Source of the DNA: Podarcis vaucheri
Lineage: Eukaryota
Assembly: GCA_965113315.1 (NCBI GenBank)
Contig: OZ220366.1
Length of the DNA stretch: 64,000 nt
Strand: one strand, 5' to 3'
Every line of letters begins with the position of its first letter. Position 1 is the stretch's first letter. Made by a program: the position numbers and the translations under genes. Positions 61,801 to 64,000 of the stretch are shown here, piece by piece. The notes under the pieces are model-generated. The model had not been told where the DNA came from. It saw nothing but the letters and a program-made list of their open reading frames with translations, and made no database searches.

Positions 61801-62429
61801 AGAATAATGAAAACATACTTAGCTACATTTAAGCTACTGAACTGAATCATATAAACAAAAAATATTCAGATAACTGTTCACATTGGGAAATCCATAAATG
61901 GGCATTTACTGTGAATACAATACTCAATGCCTTCAATAATCCAGCCAGAATCACTCAAAACCTTTCTGATTCAACAAGATTAAGAACGCATCAATTGTCT
62001 GCTGAGGAATAGCTCTGGGGAAAAACCAACCAACAATCTTTTCCCTTGCAGCTGTGGGATCACGGAAAAATTGGTAGTGGTGGGTAGCTGTCTTCCAGAG
62101 AAGACTGTCCTGCATTAAGGGATCCCCAGAGCACAGACTGAAAACCACTGACTTAAGCTATTAATAACAATTTGTGCCGCATCATTAAGCCTTCAATGGG
62201 CAAGAGTCAAGACTATTAAGTAAGTGCACGGACAGAACAACATGGACAAAGCCTTTAGGGTGAAACATCACATTACCTAAGTTGGCATACATCACAAACA
62301 AGTTGAAATATTGCTGCAAATGGCGCCCGTGCTCTGACACTTCCCTTCGAAGAAGATTCAGTACTGCTCTCAGCAAATGGTCACTCAAACTTAAATTGTC
62401 ATAGGCCTACAAAACAACACAAAGGTTGA

Positions 62430-62480
<51 letters not shown>

Positions 62481-63964
62481 ACATGTAAAGCTGCTTCACT
62501 ACAGCCTATTAAAAGACCAGCTGAACGTAAATTCTCAAACCAGAATGAAATGCAACTTTTATTGTTTAATTATCAGAACTAATGATATCAAATTCCTGAA
62601 CTATTCATCGTATCAAATTTCTGTGATTAAAATGTTTTATCCTATACTGAATAATAGAGGAATGTATCACACATTACTTAGCAGATTAAGCTGGGAGAGG
62701 CAGGGGTACTAAATATGAGACCAATTCAAACAGTAACCTTCAGGAAGATAGTCAAGAACTTAGGAGAAAGACCAAATAAATAAATAATTCTGAAACCAGG
62801 GGTGGGAAATTGTTTTGAGCCCAAGGCTTGCAACTTCCTCACCACCAAACTTCCAAGGGTCTGGCTTCTCTCACCCTGCCCCTTGCTGCAAGGTATAGCT
62901 GGCTTCTCTTACAGTTCCCAATGGAACGGCTGCTTCTTGAGTGCTTGGGTGTCTAAAGATAGCCGAGCACAGGTGATTATCACCGAATACTCTTGGAGTG
63001 ACAGTTTACTTGGGAATTACAATAAAAGTGACATGTAGTGCCTCAAAGCAAGGAGCAATTAAATTTTGCAGAAGTGGTGGAGGAAGCCAGGAGGAGAAGC
63101 AGTGAGCAATGGTGTTTCCTCGCCCAAGCAGCAACACTTCTGTGGCCACAAAACGTGTTGGGGGTTTGCAGGTCACATAAAAAGCCTTTGTGGGTCAACA
63201 GTTCCCCACCCTGTGCTAAATGGAGATTATACAAAAATTCTATTAAATCAATTTATATTTAGACTATATAGAATTTAACAGCTCTCTACTATTGTATTCT
63301 GATTGTAGAAAAAGCATACCTGACTAGAAGGTCCAGGTGAAGCAAAAGGTGAAGGACATGGTCCATCTTGCAATGAAAAATGTGCAATAAATACTATAAG
63401 TTTTGCAAATGCTCCCCTCACTTCAGCACTAGGGCATTCCAAAAGGTATTCGGAGAAGCGATTTGAAACATTGAAAAGGACATTGTGCGCAAACCAAAAA
63501 CGTACATTCTTGCTATGACGAAGGAGAATGCACAAAGCATCATACCTGGAAAAAAATAAATTAACGGCATCACATACCCAGAAAACAGACTTGTGTATAA
63601 AGGTGGACACTTCAACTCTAGCACTATATGTTAGTAGTAGGAGCCTTGTTAACCATGATTAATATGAACCAGGATTCCTTATTAACCCAAGTTTTAACCA
63701 AATTAAAAACAACTAGAAACAGTGGTTTTGAGGCTCAGTTTCAATGCACTGTTATTTCACATTCTGAATGATTAAATTGTACCATATAATCAGTACAATA
63801 AAACTTATGACTGTCAAATTCTTCTTAAAGGCAAATATACCAGTCACTGGCAGGACCACGGACAATTTTCTTTGTGTGAAATCCTGTGGTAAAGAGAAAC
63901 CTAGCAGCAAGCTGAACACCAATCATGGTTATTTCTTCTGCTTCAGGCAATAGATGATCCTGAC
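55754..63964 (-). CDS. USP9X: Ubiquitin-specific peptidase USP9X (FAF-X), last 10 coding exons; the 5' part lies beyond the window end
   Basis: Exons 63841-63964, 63320-63545, 62277-62406, 61590-61775, 60565-60785, 60139-60227, 58733-58889, 58057-58269, 57265-57360, 55754-55888 join in frame: [14 protein letters not shown]...[20 protein letters not shown]. Confidence 0.97.
57265..57360 (-). CDS. USP9X: USP9X penultimate exon
   Basis: [32 protein letters not shown]. Confidence 0.95.
58057..58269 (-). CDS. USP9X: USP9X exon (terminal-2)
   Basis: [25 protein letters not shown]...[10 protein letters not shown]. Confidence 0.96.
58733..58889 (-). CDS. USP9X: USP9X exon (terminal-3)
   Basis: [52 protein letters not shown]. 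Confidence 0.96.
60139..60227 (-). CDS. USP9X: USP9X exon (terminal-4)
   Basis: [30 protein letters not shown]. Confidence 0.96.
60565..60785 (-). CDS. USP9X: USP9X exon (terminal-5)
   Basis: [19 protein letters not shown]...[18 protein letters not shown]. Confidence 0.96.
61590..61775 (-). CDS. USP9X: USP9X exon (terminal-6)
   Basis: [62 protein letters not shown]. Confidence 0.96.
62277..62406 (-). CDS. USP9X: USP9X exon (terminal-7)
   Basis: [43 protein letters not shown]. Confidence 0.96.
62431..62479. repeat. (ATT)n microsatellite in USP9X intron
   Basis: About 16 units, roughly 25 nt upstream of the acceptor at 62407. Confidence 0.95.
62797..63213. mobile_element. Old hAT-like MITE
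   Basis: Ends CAGGGGTGGGAAAT / GTTCCCCACCCTG. Confidence 0.5.
63320..63545 (-). CDS. USP9X: USP9X exon (terminal-8)
   Basis: [24 protein letters not shown]...[10 protein letters not shown]. Confidence 0.96.
63841..63964 (-). CDS. USP9X: USP9X exon (terminal-9)
   Basis: [42 protein letters not shown]. Confidence 0.95.
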
Positions 63965-64000
63965 CTAAAGGAAAACAGAAGACAAAATGTTAAGAAATTT

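Overview
Vertebrate genomic DNA, most likely a lacertid lizard (full-length Sauria/Squam1 SINE plus Squam2/Squam3-type SINEs and TA-flanked Tigger-like MITEs). It holds three protein-coding genes, traced here exon by exon. DDX3X is complete on the minus strand (CDS 898-18599, 17 core exons, 672 aa) and has two extra in-frame cassette exons in intron 3 that canonical mammalian DDX3X lacks. RPL8/uL2 is complete on the plus strand (CDS 39523-44168, 257 aa, TCT/5'TOP promoter). The last 10 exons and 3'UTR of USP9X lie on the minus strand (55754-63964). RPL8 sits between USP9X and DDX3X, unlike human. The most interesting unexplained signals are: (1) recurring 200-450 nt nested multi-branched stem-loop cores in introns of all three genes, with G-U pairs mostly favouring the transcribed strand; (2) a candidate structure-masked poison exon in RPL8 intron 4 and a hairpin-masked strong donor competing with a GC donor in RPL8 intron 2, suggesting RPL8 splicing autoregulation; (3) a battery of cassette, poison and recursive-type exon candidates in DDX3X intron 3; (4) three GC-AG introns. 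All structure calls are by eye, with no folding program or database search.
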